Source: Octopus bimaculoides
Lineage: Eukaryota
Direction: 5' to 3'
DNA: 64,000 nt
Assembly: GCF_001194135.2 (NCBI RefSeq)
Contig: NC_068986.1
Coordinates: 114,425,841 to 114,489,840, forward strand
Shown: piece after piece, positions 25,170 through 37,664 of the stretch
How the letters are laid out: each line of letters begins with the position of its first letter
How positions within the stretch are numbered: the stretch's first letter is position 1
Translations under genes and position numbers: made by a program
Notes under the pieces: model-generated
Databases searched by the model: none
The model's input: only the letters and a program-made list of their open reading frames with translations
What the model was told of the DNA's origin: nothing

Positions 25170-25420
25170 ATTGACTCCATTTCGAGACATAAATATTCAG
25201 ATCGAAAATAACGAATATGATACTTCCGTCTACAGCCAAGACACAAAAATAACGCCTGTACTTTCATAGAGACAGCGAATACCCACACATATAAAATGTC
25301 ATTGATGAAATACCTATTCAGAAGAATGTAAGTAAAACGCTTGTATTGACATGGAGACAGTGAATTCCGCATAAAGATCTAAAATGTCAAAGAGCACTTA
25401 GAAACACCTCCACAAACAAA
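25170..25420 (+). mobile_element. Decayed Penelope-like RT C-terminal fragment
   Basis: PFRDINIQIENNEYDTSVY and NNACTFIETANTHTYKMSLMKYLFRR resemble the PLE motifs LPFLDV...TSVYKKPT and NNSC. Confidence 0.4.
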
Positions 25421-25774
25421 TCACTAGAAAGTGAAGCCCGCAGGATAAAATGAAAACTAATTAACGACGAGAATTATATCCAACTAATAGAGCAATACAA
25501 AGTGATAACGAAGTAAGTGACACTACAGCACAATAAATGCAGACATTACACCTGTTAGAAATATATAAACGAAATATGAAGTGTATATATAAATTAAACG
25601 GTAATTATAAGAATAGCTGAACACATTATTAATCTTAATATATTAATAATATAACGCATTACAGTAAACCATAAGTCAACAAATTATGCGACAAAAAAAA
25701 AACTAAAATTAAGAATTTTCTAATCAGTAACAAACCATCAGAACGTGATATTATCTAAAGCTTCTAATGACTAA

Positions 25775-26205
25775 CTCTTACTCTTTTACTCTTTAGTCGA
25801 GCAAATCGACCCCAGGACATGTACTTTGTAAGCCTAGTACNNNNNNNNNNNNNNNNNNNNNNNNNNNNNNNNNNNNNNNNNNNNNNNNNNNNNNNNNNNN
25901 NNNNNNNNNNNNNNNNNNNNNNNNNNNNNNNNNNNNNNNNNNNNNNNNNNNNNNNNNNNNNNNNNNNNNNNNNNNNNNNNNNNNNNNNNNNNNNNNNNNN
26001 NNNNNNNNNNNNNATATATATATATATATATACATATTAACGACGGGCTTCTTTCAGTTTCTGTCTACCAAATTCACTCACAAGGCTTTGGTCGGCTCGA
26101 GGCTATAGTAGAAGACACTTGGCCAAGGTGCCACGCAATGGGACTGAACCCGGAACCATGCGGTTCGTAAGCAAGCTACTTACCACACAGCCACTTCTAC
26201 GCCTA
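25775..26205 (-). mobile_element. tRNA-derived SINE family B spanning an assembly gap
   Basis: Minus head taggcgtagaagtggctgtgtggtaag...ggttccgggttcagtccc...ccaaagccttgtgag at 26040-26205; tail gtcgatttgctcgactaaag at ~25795. Confidence 0.85.
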
Positions 26206-26787
26206 ATTTTTTAATTCGATTGCAAAAGTGAATGTTGTAACTTGCACAGCTTCATCAGTTATATTGGTCATACGCATACGGCATTCTCCTGCCGACTTAC
26301 TATGCACAATCAATAGCGAGGAACTGAAATGCCTTGCATCACACAACTTAAAAGAAGACTAGAAGGAAAACATCAATGGACAATACATCCATGCTCTAGA
26401 GCAAGGATTCTTAACCATTTTTACCTATGGACACTTTGATTGTTATTTTACTCTGGTGGACCCCAAAGTAATTTGATGCTTTTAAAACTAGTTTATAGAA
26501 ATTTCTTTCAAAATTCCTATTTTGCTTTTCCTACACTAACTTGGGTCGGTTGAACTATGTGAAATATTAGAGGAAGAAACATAGCGGTTTCTTGCAATAA
26601 ATACATCTAAATCAAAATTTTTTCATAGACCTTTAAAATACTCTGTCGACCCCCAATTTACTATTTTTCTGCGTGGACCCCCACAGATCTTATATGGACC
26701 CCAGTTGAGAACCATTGCTCTAGAGAATTACTCACAAAAATAGATAGATGATTAATAATGGAAGCAAAACTCAAAGTTAAAACATGA

Positions 26788-27164
26788 TGGCACTCCGTCG
26801 GTTACGACGATGAGTGTTCCAGTTGATCCGATCAACGGAACAGCCTGCTAAGAAATTAACATGCAAGTGGCTGAGCACTCCACAGACACGTGTGCCCTTA
26901 ACGTAGTTCTCAGGGAGATTCAGCATGACACAGAGTGTGACAAGGCTGGCTCCTTTTAAATACAGGTAGAACAGGACCGGGAAGAGAGAGTGAGAGAAAG
27001 TTGTGGTGAGAGAGTACAGCAGGGTTCTACCCCCCACCCCCGAAGCCTCGTGGAGCTTTAGGTATTTTCGCTCAATAAACACTCACAACGCCGGTCTGGG
27101 AATCGAAACCGCGATCCTGAGACCGCGAGTCCGCTGCCCTAACCACTGGGCCATTGCGCCTCCA
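26788..27164 (-). mobile_element. tRNA-derived SINE family C, full length
   Basis: Minus head tggaggcgcaaTGGCCCAGTGGttagggcagcgg...GGTTTCGATTCCcag with clear A and B boxes; body ends ...gtaaccgacggagtgcca. Confidence 0.88.
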
Positions 27165-27505
27165 TATAGTTAAAATATACAACACTAAAATAAATACAGT
27201 AATAACATAAATGAATCACAAAGAAAAATTCACAACTGACTGATGATGGATAACTCTAACAGTGGAAACTCCAAAGGGCTACAGTAATGTCTACAGCAAT
27301 TGTATTGGTCCTAATTAATATTGAAGACCATGCAGCACATACCAACCTTGTTTCACCCCAAATATGAAATCGTGAAATCCTAAATTTTATAACTTTACTG
27401 CAAAGATATCGTACGGATATATATAGAAAAAAAAACTTCAAAATTATAAGCTGGTACACACAGGTGTGTTTCTGTATATATTGAAAAGAAAAGGGGGTTT
27501 CATGT

Positions 27506-27562
27506 CTGTGGATGGATGGATGGATGGATGGATGGATGGATGGATGGGTGGATGGATGGATA
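27506..27562. repeat. (GGAT)n microsatellite
   Basis: Direct reading. Confidence 0.93.
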
Positions 27563-29579
27563 GAGGGATGGATGGATGGATGGTAAATGGTTGGATAAAA
27601 CATTCAGGTACATGAAAATGTAATCCAGTGCTGGTGAAACATGAAGTTGATTGTTATTCAAATTAAGATGCCTAAAGAAGTAAGTAAACACTAATTTATT
27701 CCATGAATTACACAATTTCTTATGTAATCTATAATAAATAAGAAGAGCGAAATACTTTCTATCCATCTCAGTCCCCTGCAGCTCAGTCCACATTTGCTCT
27801 GCATAAACATATTAAGCGTTTTTGGAATCAGAATGAGCTCAGGATTGAAAATCTACCCTTCATTTGGTTCTTGAACATCCAGCATTGGGATCTGATTTAA
27901 AAGCATTTGGGTTACTATTTCTAGCAGGCAAAGCTTGGCTGATTCAGAGATTAAGGGGGAGATCAATGAGATTTGCTTCGTAAATTTTACGTCGAGATAA
28001 GAACTTTGGGACAAATTGGCCAACTGTTGGAATTCCACTTGGGACTGGAACAATAGAATGACTGCACTACAGAATTAATTTTCATCCGTCCTTAACCTCT
28101 GATCAGATACCACCTGGTCATATAGTCATTATAGACGTATTATAGTCATGCCGTTTAGTTCTCTTTAATTTTGGACCGAAAGAGCTAACTTAAAAGTCCA
28201 CACGGAGTGTGTCTTTTAATTTAGTATGAAATAAATGGCATTCGTTTATTGAAACGTACGNNNNNNNNNNNNNNNNNNNGTGTGTGTGTGTGTGTGTGTG
28301 AATGCTCTATGCCGAGTTACACTTAAAATTTCAGCTTCGACTAAATTTTACACCAATATTCTCCTCTTCTTCTTGTAATTATATACAAAACCATGTATTT
28401 ATTCATTCATTGCGCATCTTTTACTAGTAGAACATTTAATACAAAACGAGTAACAAAGATAGAACACGAACTTTCACCCAATGAACTTTCACCCACCCAC
28501 CCCCCTCCTCACACCTCTAAAAGAAATCACTACCATGCTGTCACAAAAATATTACCCAAAATTCCTCTTAAACGTAACTGAAATTTCCATTCAAAAGATC
28601 GTTGCGAAGTTAAACAAATAACGATAAGAGCAAATTAGATTCCATTACTTTTGTGGCAAAAGAGATTGCAATTAGCTTCAATATAATCGATGGAATTGAA
28701 ATTTTAGTGCTAAAGAAACCATTTAATACCTTTAAGGTTCCAAAATTAATTTTCTAAGGAACCCATCCACAAAATTTATTAACCCTACAAAAAGTCAATT
28801 AAATATCATCAACAAATCGTTCTAGATAAAACCAAAACTTAAAAGTCTTTCTGTTTACTACTATGAAGAAATAGTATGTTAGATATAAAGTGCTGTAGTT
28901 AACACTGATAATAAACTGCAGCATACACTCCCCCAGTTTGGTATCATTATTTATTAACCATCAATTACCAAACCAATATTCCATTAAAAATAAAGAAAAG
29001 CGTTAACTTTCCCTACCAGTAAATCAGAAATTAAGCTAATTATGAACAGAATAAAAGCTATATTATACTTCGACAACATGGAGGCAAAATATTCGGCGGA
29101 AATGTTTGAAATAATCCGCCTTTATATGTGACAATTACAGGGTTTATGTACGTGTACATGTGTGTGTGTGTGTGTGTGTGTGTTGCTTTGTGTGTATGTG
29201 CATGCATGCGAAAGCACACACACACACACACACACATTTCGTAGAAAGAAAAGCAGCAAAACGAAGGAAATATCTTCATTTACATAGAAGATCAAAAATA
29301 AAATCACAGATGCAAAAAAGAAACAAACACGCAGTACAGCGAGAAAAGTATTGAAAATAACTGTTAACAAATATGGATGTATAACGCCCTCGCGCTAGCT
29401 GCATGGCGCGTGTACTCTCGCTCATACAAGCATCCGCAAAAACGTAAGTATATGCACACGTGTGCTTTGGTGCACTCACGATCATAAAGCGAGTTAAATA
29501 TCTACTTGGTGTTTATAAGAATGGGAAGGTTAAAACTAAACTTAATTCATTCAAGCCTTAAAGTAAATTATGTTAGCAG

Positions 29580-30396
29580 TTACTCAAATTCATTCTCACT
29601 GCATTGTACGAAAGTACATTTATATGCATGTAGGCATCTTGAGAGTCTTTCAGAAATTCTATAAATGAACTTCTCATTAATCCACAGAATAGACAGAGAT
29701 TCCTCGGAGCAGAGACGGCATCTCCTGAAAATGATATTGTATGGTTTCGCGTGCCTTACTATGGACCAAGTTATGTTGTACTTAATCTTATCCTCCTTCA
29801 GTTGCCATACAAAATCGGCCAAAGATGTTGCATGTCTCTTATTGATTGTCTTAAAGCTGGAGACATGGTTAGGATAACGATACTTAAATGAATTAGCCGT
29901 CTGTCGAATGTAAGCATACGGCCTTCCCCTTGTGTGCAAGGTACATTTATATACAAGATTTGTACTCATACAGAGGTTCATCAATGGGCATTTTGATTTT
30001 TCTCTGTACGAGCATTTATCACATTTGTATATAAGGCAGTTCCGATTCCATTATATGATACAGCTATGATACCGTGTTAGCTGTATCATAAGCATTTCTA
30101 CAATTACAATTTGGCCATAATTGGTGCTTTTCATTGTGGTTAACATTTCCTTTGTTGGTATTTAGATGCGTGTGTTCGCTAGATCCAGTAGATGGGTTAT
30201 TGAAACTGTCGCATTTTATTATTGTCTATGCGGTGCATAAGCTGCTCTAAATTAGCAGAGTTAGCGTAGGATACCTTTACGGTGTGCCAATTAAATATAG
30301 TTGCTGAGTGTCCCGCCCGTGAGGGATCAATGCTAGATATGTCGAAACAATTGTCGTGATTAATAATAAATTCTCGTATATTCCATCTTCCGTCTT

Positions 30397-30400
<4 letters not shown>
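29580..30400 (-). mobile_element. Penelope-like element C-terminus: linker, zinc-binding motif and GIY-YIG endonuclease (decayed)
   Basis: IFNWHTVKVSY (cf. IFNRNTVKVSYS), CDKC...CPLMNLC, NLVYKCTL...AYIRQTANSFKYRYPNHVSSF...SLADFVWQLK...ITWSIV...RCRLCSEE, RISERLSRCLH. Confidence 0.8.
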
Positions 30401-30438
<38 letters not shown>

Positions 30439-30539
30439 TAATCTAAAATATATCCATGCAAGACAACCTGATTCCAGGATAGAGAGCTGCACTTATTGAG
30501 ACGTGCTCCTCAGATCCAACTTAACAACCATCGAAGAAC

Positions 30540-30872
30540 ATGTCATTAATAAAAATCAATGATGGGTGGGCACCCAGCGGAATTTTGAAAAAGAAACTGT
30601 TAAAGGTGGATGAGCTCCATGAGACCGAACAGAACTCATATCCTGGGCTACCGGAATTACAAACTTCAAAGGAAATTACACCAGTATTCTGTACCAGGCC
30701 AGTCAGGGTTCGGGTTCTAAACGAGCCCGAGAGCAGGAGAGCCAGGGTACAAATTGACTTGACGGGCAGTGAAATTAATCGCTCGCTCGGTTTAATACTG
30801 TCATTTGGTTCTTTAGTACTTTTGGTGAAATCTGCTCTGCTGCGGACATTAAGGGATCCAGTCTCAGGATAA
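30540..30872 (+). CDS. 110-aa ORF in a non-repetitive island; antisense frame also open; unidentified
   Basis: ATG to TAA ORF in the supplied track; the opposite in-register frame is open from ~30875 to 30522. No motif recognised. Confidence 0.15.
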   Translation: MSLIKINDGWAPSGILKKKLLKVDELHETEQNSYPGLPELQTSKEITPVFCTRPVRVRVLNEPESRRARVQIDLTGSEINRSLGLILSFGSLVLLVKSALLRTLRDPVSG

Positions 30873-31689
30873 ACTGATGTTTTCAGTTATACTACTTCTT
30901 AGCAGTTTGGCTTTTTGAGTTGTGATTCCTTTCTCCCTTTCATCTAATATTATTGTAATCCCTCCAAATAGTTATGGTCTTTGTACCTCATCCTTTCTGT
31001 CTCTCAACTTAGTGTCTTGACGTATTTTATTTCCATTTAAGTTCTAAATCCTAGTCCTCTGGAGGTCAACTCCAGTTTTCGTCCCTTCAGATCCAGTAAA
31101 ATTAGCATCAATCAAGTACTGGAGTGAAACAGATCCGCTTCTGTATCCTCCAAAATATGTAGCTCCATCTGGCCAAGTAGCAGCAGTATGTGTGTAAAGG
31201 TATAGAAAACTTTAGACAATGCATCCAACTCTTCTTTTTCCAGATCTTTCAGTTACTTAAAGGATTTCCAAGTGAGGATTTCGGAAGAACTAAACAGAAA
31301 CACTTTTAGCTTTCACTAAAGTCATACGTGTGCATGTGTGTGTGTGTATGTGTGTGCGTGTGCGCGTGATCCTGCAAAACAAAGAATAAAAGAACGAGGC
31401 GAGAAAGGGTAACAAGCAATGAACGGGTGATACGCATACAGCTATACTGTCTCCCCCCCTCTCTCTCTCTCTCCCTCTATATATAAACATACACATTTAC
31501 ACACACACACATACATATATATATGCATACACAAATATATATACACATACACACATATACACATACATACAGAAAGAGAGGGAGGATGAAAGAGAGAGAG
31601 GGAGAAAAAGAAAGGCACAGAGAAACAGGCAGACAGATAAAGAAAGAGATTATAGATTAACGGGTAAACCGTGAGTGAAGGTGGTGGGC

Positions 31690-31890
31690 TGAACGCCTGA
31701 TAAGCGGAGAGGCAGCGGTGAGGTGAGTATCATACTCGGATCAGCAGCATCCGACGACTATGATTCGTGACGTAACCAGAAGTAAGATGCGGTAATAGCA
31801 AGCCTACCGGATGTTGTAGGAAGGTGAGTGTTACGTAGATCGCCCTATGACGTCAATTGCAAATGGAAAAAGCTACGCTATAAATAAGAC
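31690..31890. promoter_or_regulatory. CpG-enriched candidate promoter/enhancer: CRE cluster plus TATA/MEF2-like box
   Basis: TGACGTAA 31768-31775, TTACGTAG 31831-31838, perfect TGACGTCA 31848-31855, CTATAAATAA 31878-31887, and two consensus donors (GAG|GTGAGT ~31722, AAG|GTGAGT ~31824). Confidence 0.35.
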
Positions 31891-31974
31891 AGGCTTCGAC
31901 TCGTTTGTGAGTGCGAGAATGGATGTGGATATATATGCGTGTGTGCTTTGTGTGCACGTGTGTTCACAAATATA

Positions 31975-32020
<46 letters not shown>

Positions 32021-32316
32021 CGCCAACCTCCCGTGTATGTATATATATATATATNNNNNNNNNNNNNNNNNNNNNNNNNNNNNNNNNNNNNNNNNNNNNN
32101 NNNNNNNNNNNNNNNNNNNNNNNNNNNNNNNNNNNNNNNNNNNNNNNNNNNNNNNNNNNNNNNNNNNNNNNNNNNNNNNNNNNNNNNNNNNNNNNNNNNN
32201 NNNNNNNNNNNNNNNNNNNNNNNNNNNNNNNNNNNNNNNNNNNNNNNNNNNNNNNNNNNNNNNNNNNNNNNNNNNNNNNNNNNNNNNNNNNNNNNNNNNN
32301 NNNNNNNNNNNNNNNN

Positions 32317-32372
<56 letters not shown>

Positions 32373-33589
32373 GCGTGTGCGTGTGCGTGTGTGTGTATGT
32401 ATGTATACACATGCACACATTATATATACGCATATATTCATATTGTATATGCGCGTGTGCATGCATTACTATACACACATATATAAACATATGCATATAC
32501 ATGTGTGTGCATGTGTGTGTGTGCATGTGTGTGTGTGTGTGTGTGTGTGTGTACAGACGCGCGCGCATGGTCCGGCTAAGCTATAGCAGCGTAGATTCTC
32601 TCACTGTTTCCTCCCAGACGTCGGCCGGCGAAACAATCGCCACAGCTTATGACGTCGAGTGAACTTTTGGCAGACTTTTGCTCAACGAATTCTACACCAT
32701 GCTAGAATCCTAGGAATTACGTGAGAACCAGCTGAAGTTGCTTCAGCACTCTGATCTGTCAGCCATTAATGTATGTGTGCCTCAATACAATACTTAAACC
32801 ACTTCTTTTCTTTGCCTTCACAGCTTAGCCAAAACCTGTGTACCTCTAAGTTGACGATTCCATGCTGTTTATAAGAGTTAGGTCGGCAGGACAAAGCTAG
32901 AAGGCAGTAGTTCTACTTAGGAAAAGTACATCTTGAGGGTTAAAATTTACCGACGATAGCAAAGCAGCTTGAGATTCTAAATGGACATAATCATAAACAT
33001 AATCATAGTATGGAGCAAAATATATCTCTAATATACACACATAAAATCTCACACTCGCAGATGCACACACTTATACACGCAGAGATTTGGAACAATTAGA
33101 AAAATTGTAGTCAAGTTGGACATTACAATTCCGAAATTTCTGGAATGTGCCAGCCTGCGCTTGATAAAGGCTTCACGAATTCATTGCATTTGATGGACCT
33201 GATGCTGCAACAAAAAAAAACCCTTGGCATCAACTGCTTACAAGAGAAGACAGGTTGGTGCAGGATGCATATAGTGCATATAAGTTACTACTCATTAGAA
33301 AGCAGGTAATGCTTTGTGTGTAGTATTATGTGTACCTGCGCTTGTGTATGATTTTGAGTGTGTGTGTGTATGTGTGTGTATGATTGTATCTATTTTGGCG
33401 TTGAGCTATACTATAAATACTATATACGCTAAATATTTTCACTATTGTAGTTTATTTTTGTGAGGAATCATCGTAGAGTACTCATGTACCGTCTGCTAAG
33501 GTTTTCTTCAGTTGTTTTGTCTTGAAGTTGCACCTTGTTGTAAGAGCATGGTAAGCCGATCAGAGAGAGTGTCATATTTGTGTGGATAA

Positions 33590-33800
33590 TATTGGCTTTA
33601 AGTTTTCGCACAAAACCAGCAACTTAAGGGGAGAGAATAAGTCGGTTATATCGACCCTGGTATTCAGCCGGCACTTATTTTACTGATCCTGAAAGGTAAA
33701 GTCAACCTCAGCGGAATTTGAACTGAGAACGTAAAGGCGGGCGAAATAGGGCCGAGCATTTCGCCTGGGTATGCTAACGATTCTACCAGCTCACTGCCTT
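33590..33800 (-). mobile_element. SINE family A, diverged
   Basis: Reverse complement aggcagtgagctggtagaatcgttagc...gttctcagttcaaattccgctgaggttgacttt. Confidence 0.75.
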
Positions 33801-33859
33801 ATTCATATGGAGAATATTAGTAGTTGATATTGTGAAGTTTACAACTTTCGTGCTTGCAA

Positions 33860-34610
33860 TCAAATTCATAAATCACATTGAACATTACTAGCTATTCCTA
33901 CAAGTACATGCATGTAGTTTCTTATTGAAACGAGGGTTTCTAACATATATATTTTGTAAAATATTACAAGTATTAGTTTACAGCTTGAGGAAATGCACTT
34001 CGTGTTCTCGCTTTTGATTACACGCTTATTTATTCTATAGTTATTATGCATTTGCTTCACATTTTGTGTGGATTGTGTCTTTTCAAAAAGCGTGCTATCA
34101 GACTTATTTATTGCGCTCCATTTGTATTTATATTAAGTCTATTGATTGGTGACCTACCAGTTTGTGTGAATCCGTTGATGTTTATTTTATTGCATGTGTT
34201 TCTTTATCGAATAGTCGTGATTATTTTTAAAGAATCTTCTTTTATAGGGATTTCACCTCCAATTTTGTGTCAGTGTAGACATTCGCTGTCTTTGTGTAAG
34301 CTTATGCATTTATTTGTAGCATTAGTGCAAACGAATGTGTTGCCTCTGTTATTTTCCAATTGTTTATATCTAGAAACGGAGGCATTGAATAGTTTTGTTT
34401 TATTTGTACTATTCTGGGTGTTGTACTTTTGTAGATGTTTTCTATGTCTTTTTATTTTCGACCTCTTTTCATATGCTTACCACAACGAGAATATCATCCA
34501 TATATCTGTAGGATGTTGTATATTCATGAATTGGTACCACCTTTTCTTTTTCGGTCCTGTAAAATGCCCTGAGACTATTACATCCTTTTGCTTATGGACT
34601 ACATCTTTTC
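33860..34610 (-). mobile_element. Decayed Penelope-like reverse transcriptase fragment (the 229-aa + ORF is its antisense)
   Basis: YRYMDDILVV (RT catalytic motif) at 34481-34510, then PFLDI, NKCISLHKDSECL, FDKETHAIK and LVIFYKIYM in PLE order. Confidence 0.6.
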
Positions 34611-34634
34611 TCTTGTTGCCAGTGAGTGGTGGTG

Positions 34635-34686
<52 letters not shown>

Positions 34687-35851
34687 CAGTAGTAGTAGCA
34701 GTAGTAGTGGTAGTAGTAGTAGTAGTAATGGATAAGGGTGTTGTTGTAATCAGTCAAGGTAACAGGCACAAAACAATGAATGTCCAGTGAGTGACATATG
34801 ACAAGAATGTTATTGTGAATTCACAGGGTGGCGATAGTCATGCCGGTGGGTGTAGTAGTAGTAGTAGTAGTAGTGATAGACAAGCTGACAAACAGATAGA
34901 TGATAGATAGATACATACATACATATATATATACATACATAAGTAGATAGACAGACAGTTTGTCTATCTGTCTGCGCGCGCGCGTGTGTGTGTCTGTATG
35001 TCTGTGTGTCTGTGTGTATATTTGTTATTGTATCCTTCAAACTGTCAAGTATACATTAGGAGTAACATAGTAACATAAATACAAAGGCAATTGCACCACT
35101 ACTACCACCAAATTACGACCACTACAACTACCACCAACAGACTGCCAACACCACAACCATCACACTATGATTGGCACTGCCACTACCACTATCCACACCA
35201 CCAGCACCACCAGTGCGACTGCAGTACCACAAACAGCAGCTCCACCATATCCACTACCATATCATCATCATCATCATCAACAATGCTCTTCCCCTAATAA
35301 TCGTTCCGCCTCTTCTACCACTAAACTCCTTCTGCCTCCGCCACAATCCACACCACTGCTGCCACTATAAACTTCTCTTCGACCCCCATCCATCCCAACG
35401 CCACCATTATGCATCCATCCAACCATCACATCTACAACCACCTCGCTATTACCCCCATCAACAATCTCACTGTCACTACCATCCACCCTTCTGTCATCCC
35501 CATATGTCCACTTCCACCTTTATCCACCCCATATCCTCCATCAACTGCCGAGGTACTTGATGGTGGAAGTGGAGTGAATAAAAGTGGGGGTGCCACTACG
35601 ATCCACCCCGGTGCCGCCATTATTCTCTTCCACAATAATCCTTCCACAACTACACCTCCACCATCGTCTTTTCACTTCCACCGCTATCTCCACCACTTCA
35701 ACCGTAATCCACCCCCAATAGCTCCTATCATCTACCCCACTTCCGCCATTATCCACCCACTTCCAATCTTCTTCACTACTACCATCATCGTTAACGACGA
35801 CACTGGATTCTATCTTGAAAGTGTCAATCGTTAAAATGTGTCATAACGTAA

Positions 35852-35903
35852 CCAGTGTGTCATTGTGTCACCATATACAGCCAGTGTGTCATTGTGTCAC
35901 CAT
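35852..35903. repeat. 29-bp tandem duplication
   Basis: ccagtgtgtcattgtgtcaccat repeated with period 29. Confidence 0.9.
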
Positions 35904-35907
35904 GTCA

Positions 35908-35944
<37 letters not shown>

Positions 35945-36346
35945 ACCGCCAACATTATCGCCGCCATCACCACGATGCGGATCAGAACAAGGTCCTCTTG
36001 TCTACATAAGGTAACAGCTGTCGCCTTTTTCTTTTATAAAAAAAAAAAAACTTTAATTATTTTGCTTAAACAATAAACAAAAATAGTTTTATTCCTTGTT
36101 TTTGTTATAATTTCCTTTACAATGCCCTTGTGGCAAATAAAGAACACATTACCATTATTGCAGTTAGATTTTCTTGTTCATTCGATTTTTCTGTAACCCC
36201 AGCCCAACTCTTTTTATGCAATTTTATTCTTTCAAATGTCTCCTTCATCCAACACTGATGTCAAATAAAAATTTTCATTATCATTATTATTATTATTATC
36301 ATTATTATTATTATAATGTTGTCGTTGAGGTCGTTGTTAGTAATTT

Positions 36347-36663
36347 TTACCCCCTTTTCTCGATTAAAATCCCCTCTGGTGATTTTCTTTTCGTCGTCAG
36401 TGTACTTGTTCGCAGCGTCTCATGACCATTAAAAGAAATTAATATTATTAGAGATGGCATCGCTTCAATGTACAATGCCACTGGGTAGTCAGAGCAAATA
36501 ACTACCGACAGAAATAAGGATTTCTTCTCTCGTCCTTTCTCCGTATTAACTTTTGAGTCACTATTGTGAAAGGTGGAGATGTTCGAATAAAGCATGTCAA
36601 CATACACGGGCGGTGCCATCGTAACAGTGTCGGACGCTTCGGAAGTCGAGGTACTTTTTGATT
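36347..36663 (-). CDS. Candidate (terminal) exon of an unidentified gene; Ser/Thr-rich with Tyr motifs
   Basis: Acceptor catattctttttaaag|AA, open frame (E)SKSTSTSEASDTVTMAPPVYVDMLYSNISTFHNSDSK...IEKRG*, and minus-strand AATAAA at 36223-36228. Confidence 0.33.
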
Positions 36664-36922
36664 CTTTAAAAAGAATATGAACTAAATGCAAGAACAAAAT
36701 TTAACCTGATCAATGTGGTGAACTTGCAGCTTAGTACTTGCGAGTGGTGTGCGGGAACGCATAACAACCAGGACAGTTCGGTGAACTAGCAATTCGGCAC
36801 CTGAAGAGGCAACTCTATGTCAGCCAACTGTGATTTATGTCACTGGACTAAGGGTCTGGTTAAGGTGCTTGTGTTTGGTTCAAATTGCATCACCAGGTGG
36901 AAAGAAGCTAAACATTGATTAC

Positions 36923-36967
36923 CATAGTTGCCGGCTTCCTCAGAAATGGGGCCAGGGGAAGTTTTCC
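36923..36967 (-). CDS. Candidate 45-bp phase 1-1 exon (KTSPGPISEEAGNY)
   Basis: Strong acceptor tttccaattggcctttcag|G and donor ATG|gtaatc; phase joins in frame to the 36663 exon across a 259-bp intron. Confidence 0.33.
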
Positions 36968-37132
36968 CTGAAAGGCCAATTGGAAATGACTAATGCTAAC
37001 AACTTAGACGTGTATTACCGCCTCACCGTCGTACACCATATTTCTGCATGTCATAACAGGTTACTTTATGCACGTAAAAGTATTTTAATATTCTCTCTCT
37101 CTCTTTTTCTCTCTCTCTTTTTCTCTTTCTCT

Positions 37133-37178
<46 letters not shown>

Positions 37179-37664
37179 TAGATAGATAGATAGATAAGTA
37201 TGTGGATGTGTATCTATGTATATATATGCGTGCGCCTGCACACACACACACACGCACACACACAACACTCATACACACACACGTACAACAAAAACAAACA
37301 AAATATACGCGTGTGTGTAATTATTTAAATTATTTAAACTATTGCAGTTTTAATGACGTTTGACAATTAAGCTGCACTATGGGAAACAAATGCTGTCATT
37401 GACTTTCATGTGAGAAGAAAAACCTTAGATTTATGGATTAGAAATATTTCTAATAAAGACATTATAGTAATGAGTAAAGAATCCAGAAAGACATCAATAG
37501 ACGTGAACCAACGTTTAGTTAATCCTTAAACTAATTATAAATTTAATGCGTTTTCGCACACCATTTTTTACTATAGCAGAGTAAAGGATAACGAAGGTGG
37601 ATATGCATACATATATGCGTGCGTAAGTTTGTACACTGATGTGTACAATACCAGAATGTGTACT

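Noticed and set aside
26788-27164. tRNA-like heads of the SINEs as tRNA genes
   Set aside because: A/B boxes are present, but they continue into SINE bodies and lack a complete cloverleaf.
34046-34735. 229-aa hydrophobic ORF resembling a membrane protein
   Set aside because: It is the antisense of a decayed Penelope-like RT (YMDD motif on the minus strand) plus an (AGT)n tail.
35091-35834. His/Pro/Thr-rich ORFs (also 38668-39006, 42791-44295, 52505-53348)
   Set aside because: CAC/CAT/GGT low-complexity DNA is open in several frames on both strands, with no splice or homology support.
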